This document shows, piece after piece, positions 29,393-40,920 of a DNA stretch of 64,000 nt (the stretch's first letter is position 1; each line of letters starts with the position of its first letter). The notes below the pieces were generated by a model. It saw only the letters and a list, made by a program, of their open reading frames with translations, was not told the origin of the DNA and made no database searches. Position numbers and translations under genes: made by a program. The DNA is from Candidatus Stammera capleta (lineage in GTDB: Bacteria; Pseudomonadota; Gammaproteobacteria; Enterobacterales; Enterobacteriaceae): NCBI GenBank assembly GCA_036884335.1, contig CP145599.1, positions 40,900 through 104,899 on the forward strand, given 5' to 3'.

Positions 29393-30616
29393 TTAATTTT
29401 TATATATAGGATATTTTTTACATATTTTATTTACTTTTTTTTTTATTTTATATATATATTTTTTTTTTTTTATATTATGTAATAATTTACATATTAATTT
29501 TGCTATATATGATGATGTTTTTTCTTTTATTCCTCTTTTAGTTATTGATGGTGTACCTATTCTTATTCCAGATGTTTTTAAAGAATTTTTTTTATCATCT
29601 GGAATATAATTTCTATTAACAATTATATTTGCTTTTTCTAGTATTTTTTCTGCAGTTTTTCCAGATATTTTAATATTATTTAAATTTACTACAAATAAAT
29701 GTGTTTGTGTGTTATTAGATATTATTTTAAATTTTCTTTTTTTAAATTCTTTAAACATATATTTTGTATTTTTTAATATTTGTTTTTGATATTTTTTAAA
29801 TTTTTTATTTAAAGCTTCTTTAAAACATATAGCTTTTGCAGATATTATATGCATTAATGGACCTCCTTGTGTTTGAGGAAAAACTGAATAATTTATTTTT
29901 TTATATATTGTTTTGTTATTAGATAAAATTATTCCTCCTCTTGGTCCACAAAGTGTTTTATGTGTGGTACTAGTTACTATATGTGCATATTTTATAGGAT
30001 TAGGATATAAATTAGATACTATTAATCCTGCTATATGTGATATATCAGCTAATAAGTAGCTTTTATTTAAATTAGCTATTTTTCTAAATTTTTTTCAATT
30101 ACATATTTTAGAAAATGAGGAAAATCCAGCTATTATTAATTTAGGTTTATATTTTATTGCTAATTTTTTTATATTTTTATAATCTATATTACCTTTTTTA
30201 TTTAAATAATAATATTTACATTTATATATTTTATTTGATATACTTGATTTTGATCCATGACTTATATGTCCTCCATGTGTTGTTTTCATTGATAATATTG
30301 TATCACCTATATTTAAAATTGAATTATAAGCAGCTAAATTTGCTTGAGTTCCTGAATGTGGTTGAACATTTACATATTTTGCTTTAAATAATTTTTTAGC
30401 TCTTTTAATTGCTATATATTCTATTTTATCTATATATTTGCATCCTCCATAATATCTTTTTTTATAATATCCTTCTGCATACTTATTTGTTAATATAGAT
30501 CCTTGTGCTTTTAATATATTTTTATTTACATAATTTTCTGATGCTATTAAGTTTAAAGTTTTTTGTTGTTTTTTTTTTTCTAATTTTATTATTTTAAATA
30601 TTGTATCTTTTTTCAT
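29393..30616 (-). CDS. glyA: serine hydroxymethyltransferase
   Basis: Pieces 29393..29854 and 30095..30616 share a frame. The bridge reads W-KKFRKIAN..TSTTHKTLCGPRGGII..QGGPLMH, the SHMT PLP-lysine region. TGA at 30095..30097. Confidence 0.95.
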
Positions 30617-31227
30617 TTTTTTTTTTTAAATAATATATTTTTTATATATAAAATAATATATTTAGATTTTGGATATATTATTTTATTTTTTTTTTTTTTA
30701 ATTATATATAAAAATTTTTTTTTTGTTTGATATTTGTTAAATAAAATAGTTATTTTATTATTTAAGTTTTTTATATATTTTTTTATTTTTTTTATAGATA
30801 AAATTTTTTTTTTAATTTTTTTATTTTTTTTAAATATATAATTATATATATTTTTTTTATTATGATATATTAATATGTTTATTATATTATTTTTTTTATA
30901 TTTATTAAAATAATTGTATGATATTATTTTATATGATTTTATTTTTAATATTTTTATATTTTTATATTTTATTTTAAATATTTTTGATATTAATGAAGAA
31001 ATTCTTATACCTATTATACTTCCTGGTCCTTTATTTATAGCTATTATATTTATTTTATTTTTTTTTATATTTATTTTTTTAAATAATTTTTTAATTAATA
31101 TTAATATATATTTACTACTTTTTATTTTTGTATATTTATATTTACTAAATATTTTTTTATTATAATAAATAGATATTGAGCAAAGTTCAGTAGATATTTC
31201 AATAGATAATATATTTATATTTTTCAT
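30589..31227 (-). CDS. tsaB: tRNA t6A37 biosynthesis protein TsaB (YeaZ-like)
   Basis: Contains ILSIEISTELCSISIY..IIAINKGPGSIIGIRIS, matching the TsaB pattern (AIDTATE..GRGPGSFTGVRIG). The track end at 30613 is a TGA. Under table 4 the ORF runs 8 more codons to TAA 30589..30591. Confidence 0.75.
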
Positions 31228-31335
31228 TATTTTTTTAATTTTTTTAATAATATAATTTTTATATTTTTATATAAATATTTTATAATAATTTTATTATTAA
31301 TATTATTTTTTTTTTTATATTGTAGCTTATATTTT

Positions 31336-32640
31336 ATGAAAAATATTTATTTTAAATCTGTTAAAGGAATGAAAGATTATTTTGATAATAATATATTAAT
31401 TTATAATTATTTAGAAAATGTTTTTAAAGATTTAATTAAAAGTTATTCTTTTAATGAAGTTAAATTTCCTATTTTAGAAAAAAGTTTTTTATATAATAGA
31501 AATTTTTATAGAGTAAATAATAATTTTTTAGATAATAAAATGTATTCATTTTTAGATAAAAATAATATAAGTTTAAGTTTAAGACCTGAAGGTACTATGA
31601 GTTGTGTAAGAATGTATTTAGAACATAAAATGTTTAATTTTATTGATTTGAAAAAAATATGATATTTAGGTCCTATGTTTAGATATGAAAATACGCAAAG
31701 AGGTAGATATAGACAATTTAATCAAATAGGTTTAGAAATATTTGGTAGTAGTAGTTTAGTTTCTAGTTTAGAATTAATTTTAATAATTAATAAATTTTTT
31801 AAAATTTTAAATATAGAAAATTTATTTGTTTTAGAAATAAATTCTATAGGAGTTTTAAAAGATAGAGAAAATTATATAAATTTTTTAAATACTAAATTAG
31901 TAAAAAATAAATTATTATTTAAAAAATTAGGTATTGATAGATTTGATTTTAATTTATTTAAAAAAATTGATAATAATAATATTAATTATATAGAAATATT
32001 AAAAAATTTTCCAAATATTTTGAATTTTTTATCTGAGAAATCTATTTTAAATTTTAATAATTTATGTAAAAGTTTAGATAATTTAGGTATTAAATATATT
32101 ATAAATACTAATTTAGTTAGAGGTTTAGATTATTATAATGATTTAGTTTTTGAATGAAAATATAAGTTATGAAAAAATATAAATACTATATGTGCAGGTG
32201 GAAGATATGATTTTTTAATAAAAAGTATATCTAATATGGATATTCCAGCAGTAGGTTTATCTTTAGGTTTGGATAGATTAATTTTAATAATAAAAGATAA
32301 TTATATTAAAAATAAGTTTGAAAAAAAAATTGATATATATATTATATCATATTACAATTTAGATACTATGTTGTTAGGTTTAAATATTACTGAAAATATT
32401 TTAAATTCAGATTTGTTTTTTTTAAAAGTTTATCATAATTATTTTATATATAATAATTTAAATAAATTAATTTTAAATGTTTTAAAATTGAATTGCAGAA
32501 TTATTATTATTATTGGTAAAAGAGAATTTTTAAATAAAAAAATAACTATTAAAGATTTATATTTAAATAATCAATATAGTTTATCTTTAAAAAAAAATGT
32601 TGTAAATTTTATAAGTGGTTTATTTAAAATTAAAAATTAA
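31336..32640 (+). CDS. hisS: histidine--tRNA ligase
   Basis: Three track pieces lie in one frame. Contains LRPEGT, I-W-YLGPMFRYE (motif 2) and CAGGRYD..PAVGLSLG (motif 3). 434 codons. Confidence 0.9.
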
Positions 32641-32675
32641 TTATATATAATTTGTTTATTAAATATTTTTATAAA

Positions 32676-34124
32676 ATGTATACTATATGTTTATTAGGTA
32701 GATCTAAAGTAGGAAAAACTAGTTTTTTTAGAAAAATAATTAATAATAATATTTTTTCTTTAAAATTAAAAAATTCATTAGATTTTAGTTATTGTTTGAA
32801 ATTAATTAATAATAAATATTTTATATTTATAGATACTATAAATATATATAATAAAATTAATAATTTAAAATTTAAAAATATTTATAATGAATTATATAAA
32901 AAATTTTTATTTAATATTTATAATTCTGATTTAATATTATTTTTAATAGATTATTCAGTAGGTTTATTAGATGAAGATATAATTTTTTATAAAAAATTTA
33001 TTAAAAATTATGTTAATAAAACTATTTTAATTTTGAATAAAATTGATTTAATTTATAAATATGAATATTTAAATAAATATTTTATTGTAAATAATTATTA
33101 TAGTTTAAATATTAAAAATATTATGTTTATTTCTATATTAAATAATTTTAATTTAGATAAGTTATTTAATAAAATATATATTTTATTAAATAATAAAAAT
33201 AATAATTTAAAATTTTTTAATTATTTATTAAAATATTGTATTAATTTATATAATTTTAATATTAATGATTTAAAATTTAATAATAATAATTATAATAAAA
33301 AATTATTATATAATTATACAATAAATATTATTATTTTAGGTAAAACTAATGTTGGTAAATCAACTTTTTTAAATTCAATATGTAATGATAATCGTAGTTT
33401 TGTTTCTAGTGTAAAAAATGTTACTAAGGATTTTATTTTTTTTAATTTTATAAATAATAATATTAAATATTTAATATCTGATTCTCCAGGTATAGGTAAA
33501 TATTTTTTAAATAATAATAATTTTTCTATATTTAGTTTTTATAAAACTATTAGTTTTTTTAATATAATTTTTTTTATGATAGATATTAATTATGGTTTAA
33601 CTAAATATGATTTATATTTAATAAATTTTTTTTTAATAAAAGGTAAAATATTATTTATAATTTTTAATAAATGTGAAAATTTAAAAAATAGTGATAAATA
33701 TAAAATTAAAAATTATATCATTAATAGATATGGTTTTATAAAGAATTTATTTATATTTTTCATTTCTGCTTTATATATAGATAATATTTTTATTTTTAAT
33801 TTATTTAATTTATGTTATAATTGTTATAATAATATTTTTTATAGTAATATTAATACTTCTAAAATAAATAAAATTTTAAAATTAGCTATAAATAATTTTA
33901 ATGAAAATAATTATTTTAAGAAAGTTTTTAATTTAAAATATGCACATATTGGTAGTTATAAACCTTTTACTATAATTATACATGGTAATAATGTAAATAA
34001 TATAAATTTATCTTATAAAAAATATTTAATTAATTTTTTTATTAAAAGGTTAAATTTTTTAAGTTTTAATATTAATTTAAAATTTAAAGAATCTTTAAAT
34101 CCATATGTAAATAATAAAAAGTAA
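32676..34124 (+). CDS. der: ribosome-associated GTPase Der (EngA)
   Basis: Two tandem GTPase domains, with P-loops GRSKVGKTSF and GKTNVGKSTFLNS, plus NKID and NKCE G4 motifs. The start is ATG 32676 or an upstream TTG at 32652. Confidence 0.85.
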   Translation: MYTICLLGRSKVGKTSFFRKIINNNIFSLKLKNSLDFSYCLKLINNKYFIFIDTINIYNKINNLKFKNIYNELYKKFLFNIYNSDLILFLIDYSVGLLDEDIIFYKKFIKNYVNKTILILNKIDLIYKYEYLNKYFIVNNYYSLNIKNIMFISILNNFNLDKLFNKIYILLNNKNNNLKFFNYLLKYCINLYNFNINDLKFNNNNYNKKLLYNYTINIIILGKTNVGKSTFLNSICNDNRSFVSSVKNVTKDFIFFNFINNNIKYLISDSPGIGKYFLNNNNFSIFSFYKTISFFNIIFFMIDINYGLTKYDLYLINFFLIKGKILFIIFNKCENLKNSDKYKIKNYIINRYGFIKNLFIFFISALYIDNIFIFNLFNLCYNCYNNIFYSNINTSKINKILKLAINNFNENNYFKKVFNLKYAHIGSYKPFTIIIHGNNVNNINLSYKKYLINFFIKRLNFLSFNINLKFKESLNPYVNNKK

Positions 34125-34127
34125 ATT

Positions 34128-34520
34128 TATTAATTTCGACAATCGCTATTTTTATATAGAGGAAAGTCCGGACTCCATAGGACATAATGCCAGATAACAT
34201 CTGGAAAAATAATATTTTATTTTATGAATGTGCAACAGAAAATAACCGCCTTAATAAGGTAAGGGTGAAAAAGTATGGTAAGAGCATACTATATATTATA
34301 GTAATATAATATATGTGTAAACTCCATTAGGAGCAAGGCTAAATTTAGATATTAATATATCTATTTTATATTTAAATAGAAAAATATATTGTCCATATAT
34401 ATATATTTTATATCATGGTAAGCTGCTTGAGCTAATAAGTAATTATTAGTCTAGATTAATGATTGTCTTATTATTTTTTTTTTTTTAATAAACAGAATCC
34501 GGCTTATAATTTTTATTTTT
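34128..34520 (+). ncRNA. rnpB: RNase P RNA (M1 RNA, type A); ends approximate to about 15 nt
   Basis: Conserved core blocks are present: GAGGAAAGUCCGGACUCCAUAGGACA (about 34159..34185), GGUAAGGGUGAAAAAGUAUGGUAAGAGCAUAC, GUAAACUCCAUUAGGAGCAAGGCUAAAU, GGUAAGCUGCUUGAGCUAAUAAGUAAUUAUUAGUCUAGAUUAAUGAUUGUC and ACAGAAUCCGGCUUAU (34492..34507). These are colinear with E. coli M1 RNA. It is a local G+C island. Confidence 0.9.
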
Positions 34521-34541
34521 ATTTTTTATTATATAAAAATA

Positions 34542-34883
34542 TTAAAAAAAAATATTAAAAAAATATATAAAATTTTTAATTAAATTAAATATTTTATTAA
34601 TTTTATTTATAATTAATATTTGTAATATAATTAAATTTATAATTATTATTGATATTATTTTTTTAATTATTATTATAAATATTTTTATATTATTAATTTT
34701 ATTAATTATATATATAATAATTATATTATTAATTAATATTGATATTAATATAATTTTGGTTTGTATTATTATAATTAATAAAATTGTATTATATTTTATT
34801 TTTTTAATTATAAAATATATTTTTTTTATTAAAATATTTATAATATTTTTTTTATATAAATTTAATAAATTTTTTATTATCAT
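34542..34883 (-). CDS. hypothetical small hydrophobic protein (orphan ORF)
   Basis: 113 codons from ATG to TAA with no TAA/TAG, in a stretch that is almost pure A/T. Two long Ile/Leu-rich segments are present. I recognise no family. Confidence 0.3.
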   Translation of the reverse strand: MIIKNLLNLYKKNIINILIKKIYFIIKKIKYNTILLIIIIQTKIILISILINNIIIIYIINKINNIKIFIIIIKKIISIIIINLIILQILIINKINKIFNLIKNFIYFFNIFF

Positions 34884-34952
34884 ATATCTATTTTAAAAGA
34901 ATAATATTATTATAATTTAATATAATATAATTTTAAAATATAAATAATAGTT

Positions 34953-36338
34953 ATGTTGAAAATATTTAATACTATTAATAATAAAAAAGAAAAATTTTCG
35001 TCATTTATTAAAGATAAAGTTAATATTTATGTTTGTGGTGTAACTACTTCTAATTATTGTCATATAGGACATATTAGAACATTTTATTTTTTTGATATTT
35101 TATTAAATTATTTAAAATTTTTAGGATATGATTGTAAATATATAAGAAATATTACAGATATTGATAATAAAATTATAAATGATTCTATAAAAAAAGGGAT
35201 TTGTGTAAGAAATTTATTTATTAAAATGATTAATTGTATGTTTGATGATTTTAATAATTTTAATTTTAATTTACCTAGTTTAGAACCCAAATTAACAGAT
35301 AATATTGAATATTTAATAATAAATATAATTAATTTATTAAATAAAGGTTATGCTTATATATCTAATAATGGTGATGTTTTATTTAATTATAAAAATTTTT
35401 ATAATGTTTTTAAATTTAACTTTTTTAAAAAAAATATATCTTTAGATTGTAAAGATTTTGTTTTATGAAAAATAAATAAAAAAAATGATAATTATGGTTG
35501 AATATCACCTTGAGGTTTTGGTAGGCCAGGTTGACATATAGGTTGTTCTGTTATTAGTAATATTTATTTAAATAAAACTATAGATATACATGGTGGTGGT
35601 TCTGATTTAATATTTCCTCATCATGAAAATGAATTAATTTTATCTAAATGTTTATTTAGTTTTAAATATTATGTTAAATATTGAATTCATACTGGTTTAG
35701 TAATTTTTAATAATAATAAAATTTCTAAATCTAAAAATAATTTTTTTGTATATAAATTATTAAAAAAATATTCACCTGAAGTTATTAAATTTTATTTAAT
35801 GTCTAAACATTATAGAAAAAATTTATATTATGATTATAAAAATTTAGATATAGCTAATAAATCTTTTAATAAATTATATTTAGGTTTATATGGTTTAGAT
35901 TTAAATATAGAGTTAAATAATAAAGATTTTTTATATTTTAAAGAATTTGATGATATTTTTTTTAAATATATGAATGATGATTTTAATATTAGTGGTATAT
36001 ATAAATTATTATTTTTAATGTTATCTGAAATTAATAAATTTAGAAGTAAAAATTTTTATTTAGCTAGTAAATTAGGAATAAAAATGAAGTTTTTTGCTAA
36101 TTTTTTAGGTTTATTAAAAATAGATATAAAGAAATTTTTAACTAATAGATATTTATATAATAAAAATAATTATTTAAATTTATTAAATAAGATAAACATT
36201 TTAATAAAAAAGAGAAATTTAGAACGTAAAAGAAATAATTGAAAAAAAGCAGATTTTTATAAAAGTAAATTATTAAAATTAAATATTGGTTTAATAGATA
36301 AAGATAATTATTTAACTGAATGATATTTTATTAAGTAA
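34953..36338 (+). CDS. cysS: cysteine--tRNA ligase
   Basis: Has the HIGH-type motif (CHIGHIRT). Also has [30 protein letters not shown] and KISKS (KMSKS). Pieces 34953.. and 35799.. share a frame. 461 codons; TAA at 36336..36338. Confidence 0.93.
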
Positions 36339-36355
36339 TATATAATTATTAATTA

Positions 36356-37213
36356 TTATTTATTATTTTTATTATATAATTTTATAATATTTTTTAATAG
36401 TATTGATATAGTCATCGGACCTATACCCCCAGGTACTGGAGTAATATATTTTATTTTTTTAATTATTGATTTTATTTTTATATCGCCTGTTATTTTTTTT
36501 TTTTTATTTATATTTACACCTATATCTATTATAATTAAATTTTTTTTTATTCATTTTTTTTTTATATAATTATATTTTCCAATAGCTGTAATTAATATAT
36601 CTGTTTTTTTTATATGTTGTTTAATTTTTTTTGTTTTTGAATTTATTATAGTTACAGTACATTTTTTGTTTATTAATTCCATTAATAATGGTTTCCCTAT
36701 TAAATTAGAACAATTTATTATTACTACATTTAATCCAATTAAATTAATTTTATATATTTTAAATAATTTAATTACTCCATATGAAGTGCATGATCTAATA
36801 TTTGGAAAACCTTGAGATAATTTTCCTATATTTTTATAATTTAAACCATCTACATCTTTTTTATAATTTATTATATTTATAATTTTATTATAATTAAATT
36901 TTTTAGGTAATGGTAATTGTATTAATATACAATCTATATTATTATTTTTATTTAATTTTTTGATTAAATTAATTATATTTTTTTCATTTTCTTTTTTATT
37001 AATATTATAAATTTTATATTTTATATTTAATAATTTTAGATAGTAACATTTTTTATTTATATATATTTTAGATGATTTATAATTTCCTATATTAATTATT
37101 ATTATATTAGGTTTTCTTTTATTTTTATTTAATATTTTTTTTATTTTTTTTTTTATTTTTATGATTGTTTTTTTTAAATATTTTTTTCCTGAAAGTATTT
37201 TATTTTTGTACAT
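36356..37213 (-). CDS. folD: bifunctional methylenetetrahydrofolate dehydrogenase/cyclohydrolase
   Basis: Track ORF 36551..37213 ends in TGA. It continues ..W-IKKNLIIIDIGVN..ITPVPGGIGPMTISILLKN (FolD C-terminal signature) to TAA 36356..36358. Confidence 0.92.
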
Positions 37214-37256
37214 TTTTTTTTGACTTTTTTTTTTTTTTATTTTATTATATTATAAT

Positions 37257-37329
37257 ACGCTCTTAGCTCAGTGGATAGAGCAACAGCCTTCTAAGCTGTA
37301 GGTCACAGGTTCAAATCCTGTAGAGCGTG
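37257..37329 (+). tRNA. tRNA-Arg (anticodon UCU), CCA not encoded
   Basis: 73-nt cloverleaf. Acceptor stem ACGCUCU/AGAGCGU, D arm GCUC-AGUGGAUA-GAGC, anticodon arm ACAGC-CUUCUAA-GCUGU, variable loop AGGUC, T arm ACAGG-UUCAAAU-CCUGU, discriminator G. Confidence 0.95.
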
Positions 37330-39783
37330 TTATTTATTTTTTTTTGATATATTTTTTTTAAATAAAATTTTAATTATTTGTTTAATATTTTTTAAACTGT
37401 ATATTTTAATATTTTTTTTTATTTCTTTAGGTATTTTTTTTAAATCATTTTTATTATTTTTTGGTATTATAACTTTTTTTACTCCTCCCCTTAATGCAGC
37501 TAATAATTTTTCTTTTAATCCTCCAATAGAAATTATTTTTCCATTTAATGTTATTTCTCCTGTCATTGCTATATTAGGTTTTATAGTATTTTTAGTTAAT
37601 GTTGATATTATAGATGTACATATTGCTATTCCTGCGCTTGGACCATCTTTGGGAATTGATCCTTCAGGAATATGTACATGTATATCTTTTTTATAATAAA
37701 AATTTTTTTTTATTTTTAATTTTTTTGATAGAGATCTTACTACTGTAAGTGATATTTTTATAGATTCTTGCATTATTTTACCTAAAGATCCAGTATATAT
37801 TAATTTTCCAGAACCATGTATAGATTTTGATTCTATTGTAATTAAATCACCTCCTAATTCTGTTCATGCTAAACCTATTACTTCTCCAATTTTATTTTTT
37901 TTATTAATTTTACCATAATTGAATTTTTTATTACCTAAATATTTTTTTATATTTTTTTTATTTATATTTATTTTTTTATTTATTTTATTATTTAATAATA
38001 TTTTTTTAACAGATTTTCTACATATTTTAGATATTTCTTTATCTAATCCTCTTACACCGTATTCTTTAGTATAATATCTAATAATTTTTATTATGCATTT
38101 ACTATCTATAAATATTTCATTTTTTTTTAATGAATTATTTATTATTTGTTTAGGTATTAAATGTTTTTCACATATATATTTTTTTTCTTTTTCTGTATAT
38201 CCAGATATTTTTATAATTTCCATTCTATCTAGTAGTGTTATTGGTATATTATTAGTAGAATTTGCAGTTGATATAAACATTATATTTGATAAATCGTAAT
38301 CTATTTCTATGTAATGATCGTTAAATATATTATTTTGTTCTATATCTAATACTTCTAATAATGCAGAAGTGGGATCTCCTCTTGAGTCATATGATATTTT
38401 ATCTATTTCATCTAATAAAAATAATGGATTTTTAACTTTTGTTTTTATTATTTGTTGTATTATTTTACCTGGCATAGATCCTATATATGTTTTTCTATGT
38501 CCTCTTATTTCTGCTTCATCTTTTATACCTCCTAAAGATATTTTTATATATTTTCTACCTGTTGATTTTGCTATAGATTTACATAAAGTAGTTTTTCCTA
38601 CACCTGGTGGTCCTATTAAACATAGTATAGGTCCTTTTATTTTATTAGATCTGTTTTGTACTGCTAAATATTCTAATATTCTTTCTTTAACATTATTTAA
38701 ACCAAAATGATTTATGTCTAGTATTTCTTTAGCTTTATTTAAATCTTTTATTATTCTTGTTTTTTTGTATCAAGGTATTTGTAATATTCAATCTATATAT
38801 GTTCTTGATACTGTTGCTTCTGCGGACATAGGTTGCATCATTTTAAATTTTTGTAATTCTAATTCTATTTTTTTTTTTGCTTGTTTTGGTAATTTATATT
38901 TTATTATTTTTTTTTTAATTATTTCATATTCATTATTTATATTATCTATATTATTTAATTCTTTTTGTATTGCTTTCATTCTTTCATTTAAATAATATTC
39001 TCTTTGCCCTTTTTCCATTTGTTGTTTAATTCTTTCCCTAATTTTTTTTTCTATTTTTAAAATATTTATTTCAGATTCTATTATTATCATTATATATTCT
39101 AATCTTTTTTTAATATTTTTTATTTCTAATATTTTTTGTTTTTTAGTTAATTTTAATTGAATATTATATGCAATAGTATCTGATAATTTAGTTGGATTTT
39201 TAATATTTTTTAATGATATTAATATTTCTTGTGGTATTTTATTATTTAATTTTAAATAAGTTTCAAATTGATTTATTATACTTTTTATAAGTATTTTATT
39301 TTTTTTATTATTTTTATTTGTTTCTTTTATTTTTTTATATTTTGCTCATAGACATTTATTTTTTTCTTTTATTTTTTTTATTTTAATTCTTTTTAATCCT
39401 TCTATTAATATTTTTAATGTTCCATCTGGAAGTTTTAATATTTGTAAAATTAATGAGATAGTTCCTATATTAAATAAATCTTTTTTTTTTGGTTCATCTT
39501 GTTTAGGATTTTTTTGAGCTATTAATATTATTTTTTTATTTTTTTTTATTGATATTTCAAGGCATTTTATAGATTTTTTTCTTCCTATAAATAATGGTAC
39601 TATCATGTGTGGATATATTACTGTATCTCTTAAAGGTAAAATAGGTATAATATTATTTTTTTTTTTTTTTAAATTATTTTTATTTACATTATTTTTATTT
39701 ATATTTTTTTTATTTATATTGTTTTTATTTATATTTTTTTTATTTATATTATTTTTATTATTTTTTATTTTTTTAGGTTTCAT
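37330..39783 (-). CDS. lon: ATP-dependent Lon protease
   Basis: Four track pieces share one frame, joined by TGA (37864..37866, 38788..38790, 39346..39348). Contains IPILPLRDTVIYPHMIVPLFIGR, GPPGVGKTTLCKSIAKSTGRKY..IRGHRKTYIGSMPGKIIQ and KDGPSAGIA (catalytic Ser). 817 codons. Confidence 0.95.
39676..39750 (-). repeat. in-frame tandem repeat, 5 copies of a 15-nt unit (NINKK/NINKN) in the lon 5' region
   Basis: On the plus strand the units are ATTTTTATTTACATT, ATTTTTATTTATATT, TTTTTTATTTATATT, GTTTTTATTTATATT and TTTTTTATTTATATT. The 30-mers 39691..39720 and 39721..39750 differ at one base. Confidence 0.9.
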
Positions 39784-39822
39784 TATAAATTTTAAATTTT
39801 ATTAATTAATTAATATAATTAT

Positions 39823-40920
39823 TTAAATATTTAATTTTTTATATTTTTTTATTATTGATTTTTTATTTATTAAAATATTTTTATTTATATATTTATTATT
39901 TTTATACATATATTTAAATAGTATTTTTTCTAATATATATTTAAGTCCTCTTGCTCCTATATTTTTTTTTATTGATATTTTTGCTATTAATTTAATAGAT
40001 TCTTTTGTAAATTTTAAATTTATATTTTCTAATTTTAATAAATATTTATAATATTTAATTATAGAATTTTTTGGTTTTATTAATATTTTTATTAATTCTT
40101 TTTCAGTTAATTTTTTTAATGTAGTAATAATAGAAAATCTACTTATAAATTCAGGTATAAATCCAAATTTAATTAAATCTTTATATTCTATATTTTTTTT
40201 TTTTTTTTTTATTATACTTTTATTAAAGCCTATATTATTATTATTAATTTTTTTTTTTATTATTTTATTTATATCATTAAAAGTTCCTCCACATATAAAA
40301 AGTATATTATTAGTATTTATTAATATATTTTGTTGTAATGGATGTTTTCTTCCTCCAGTAATTGGTACTGATGATATTGTACCTTCTATAATTTTTAATA
40401 AAGATTGTTGTACACCTTCTCCTGATACATCTCTAGTAATTGATATATTATTATTTTTTTTTGAAATTTTATCTATTTCATCTATATATATTATACCTTG
40501 TTCTGCTTTTTTAATATTAAAATTACATTTTTGTATTAATCTTAATAGTATATTTTCTACATCGTCACCTACATAACCTGCTTGAGTTAATGTTGTTGCA
40601 TCTGTAATAACTATAGGTATATTTAATATTTTTGATATTGTTTTTATTATTAATGTTTTTCCACTTCCTGTAGGTCCTATAATAATTATATTTGATTTAT
40701 AATAATCAGTTATTTTATTTTTTTTTTTTGTATTAATTATTTTAAAATGATTATATATAGCAAGTGAAATTTTTTTTTTTGTATTATTTTGTCCTATTAT
40801 ATATTTATCTAATTTTTTTTTTATATATATAGGTTTGTATTTTTCTAAATTAAAATAATAATTTTTATTTATATTTTTATTTTTTTTAGTTTTATTATTA
40901 TTATTAATTTTATTTTTCAT
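39823..40920 (-). CDS. clpX: ATP-dependent Clp protease ATP-binding subunit ClpX (lacks the N-terminal zinc-binding domain)
   Basis: Intact 365-aa ORF containing [28 protein letters not shown] and [20 protein letters not shown]. The start overlaps the clpP end by 11 nt. Confidence 0.93.
   Translation of the reverse strand: MKNKINNNNKTKKNKNINKNYYFNLEKYKPIYIKKKLDKYIIGQNNTKKKISLAIYNHFKIINTKKKNKITDYYKSNIIIIGPTGSGKTLIIKTISKILNIPIVITDATTLTQAGYVGDDVENILLRLIQKCNFNIKKAEQGIIYIDEIDKISKKNNNISITRDVSGEGVQQSLLKIIEGTISSVPITGGRKHPLQQNILINTNNILFICGGTFNDINKIIKKKINNNNIGFNKSIIKKKKKNIEYKDLIKFGFIPEFISRFSIITTLKKLTEKELIKILIKPKNSIIKYYKYLLKLENINLKFTKESIKLIAKISIKKNIGARGLKYILEKILFKYMYKNNKYINKNILINKKSIIKKYKKLNI

Noticed and set aside
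36339-36355. A/T palindrome between the convergent cysS and folD ends, considered as a terminator
   Set aside because: It is 17 nt of pure A/T (TATATAATTATTAATTA). Such palindromes are ubiquitous at this composition and would form no stable stem.
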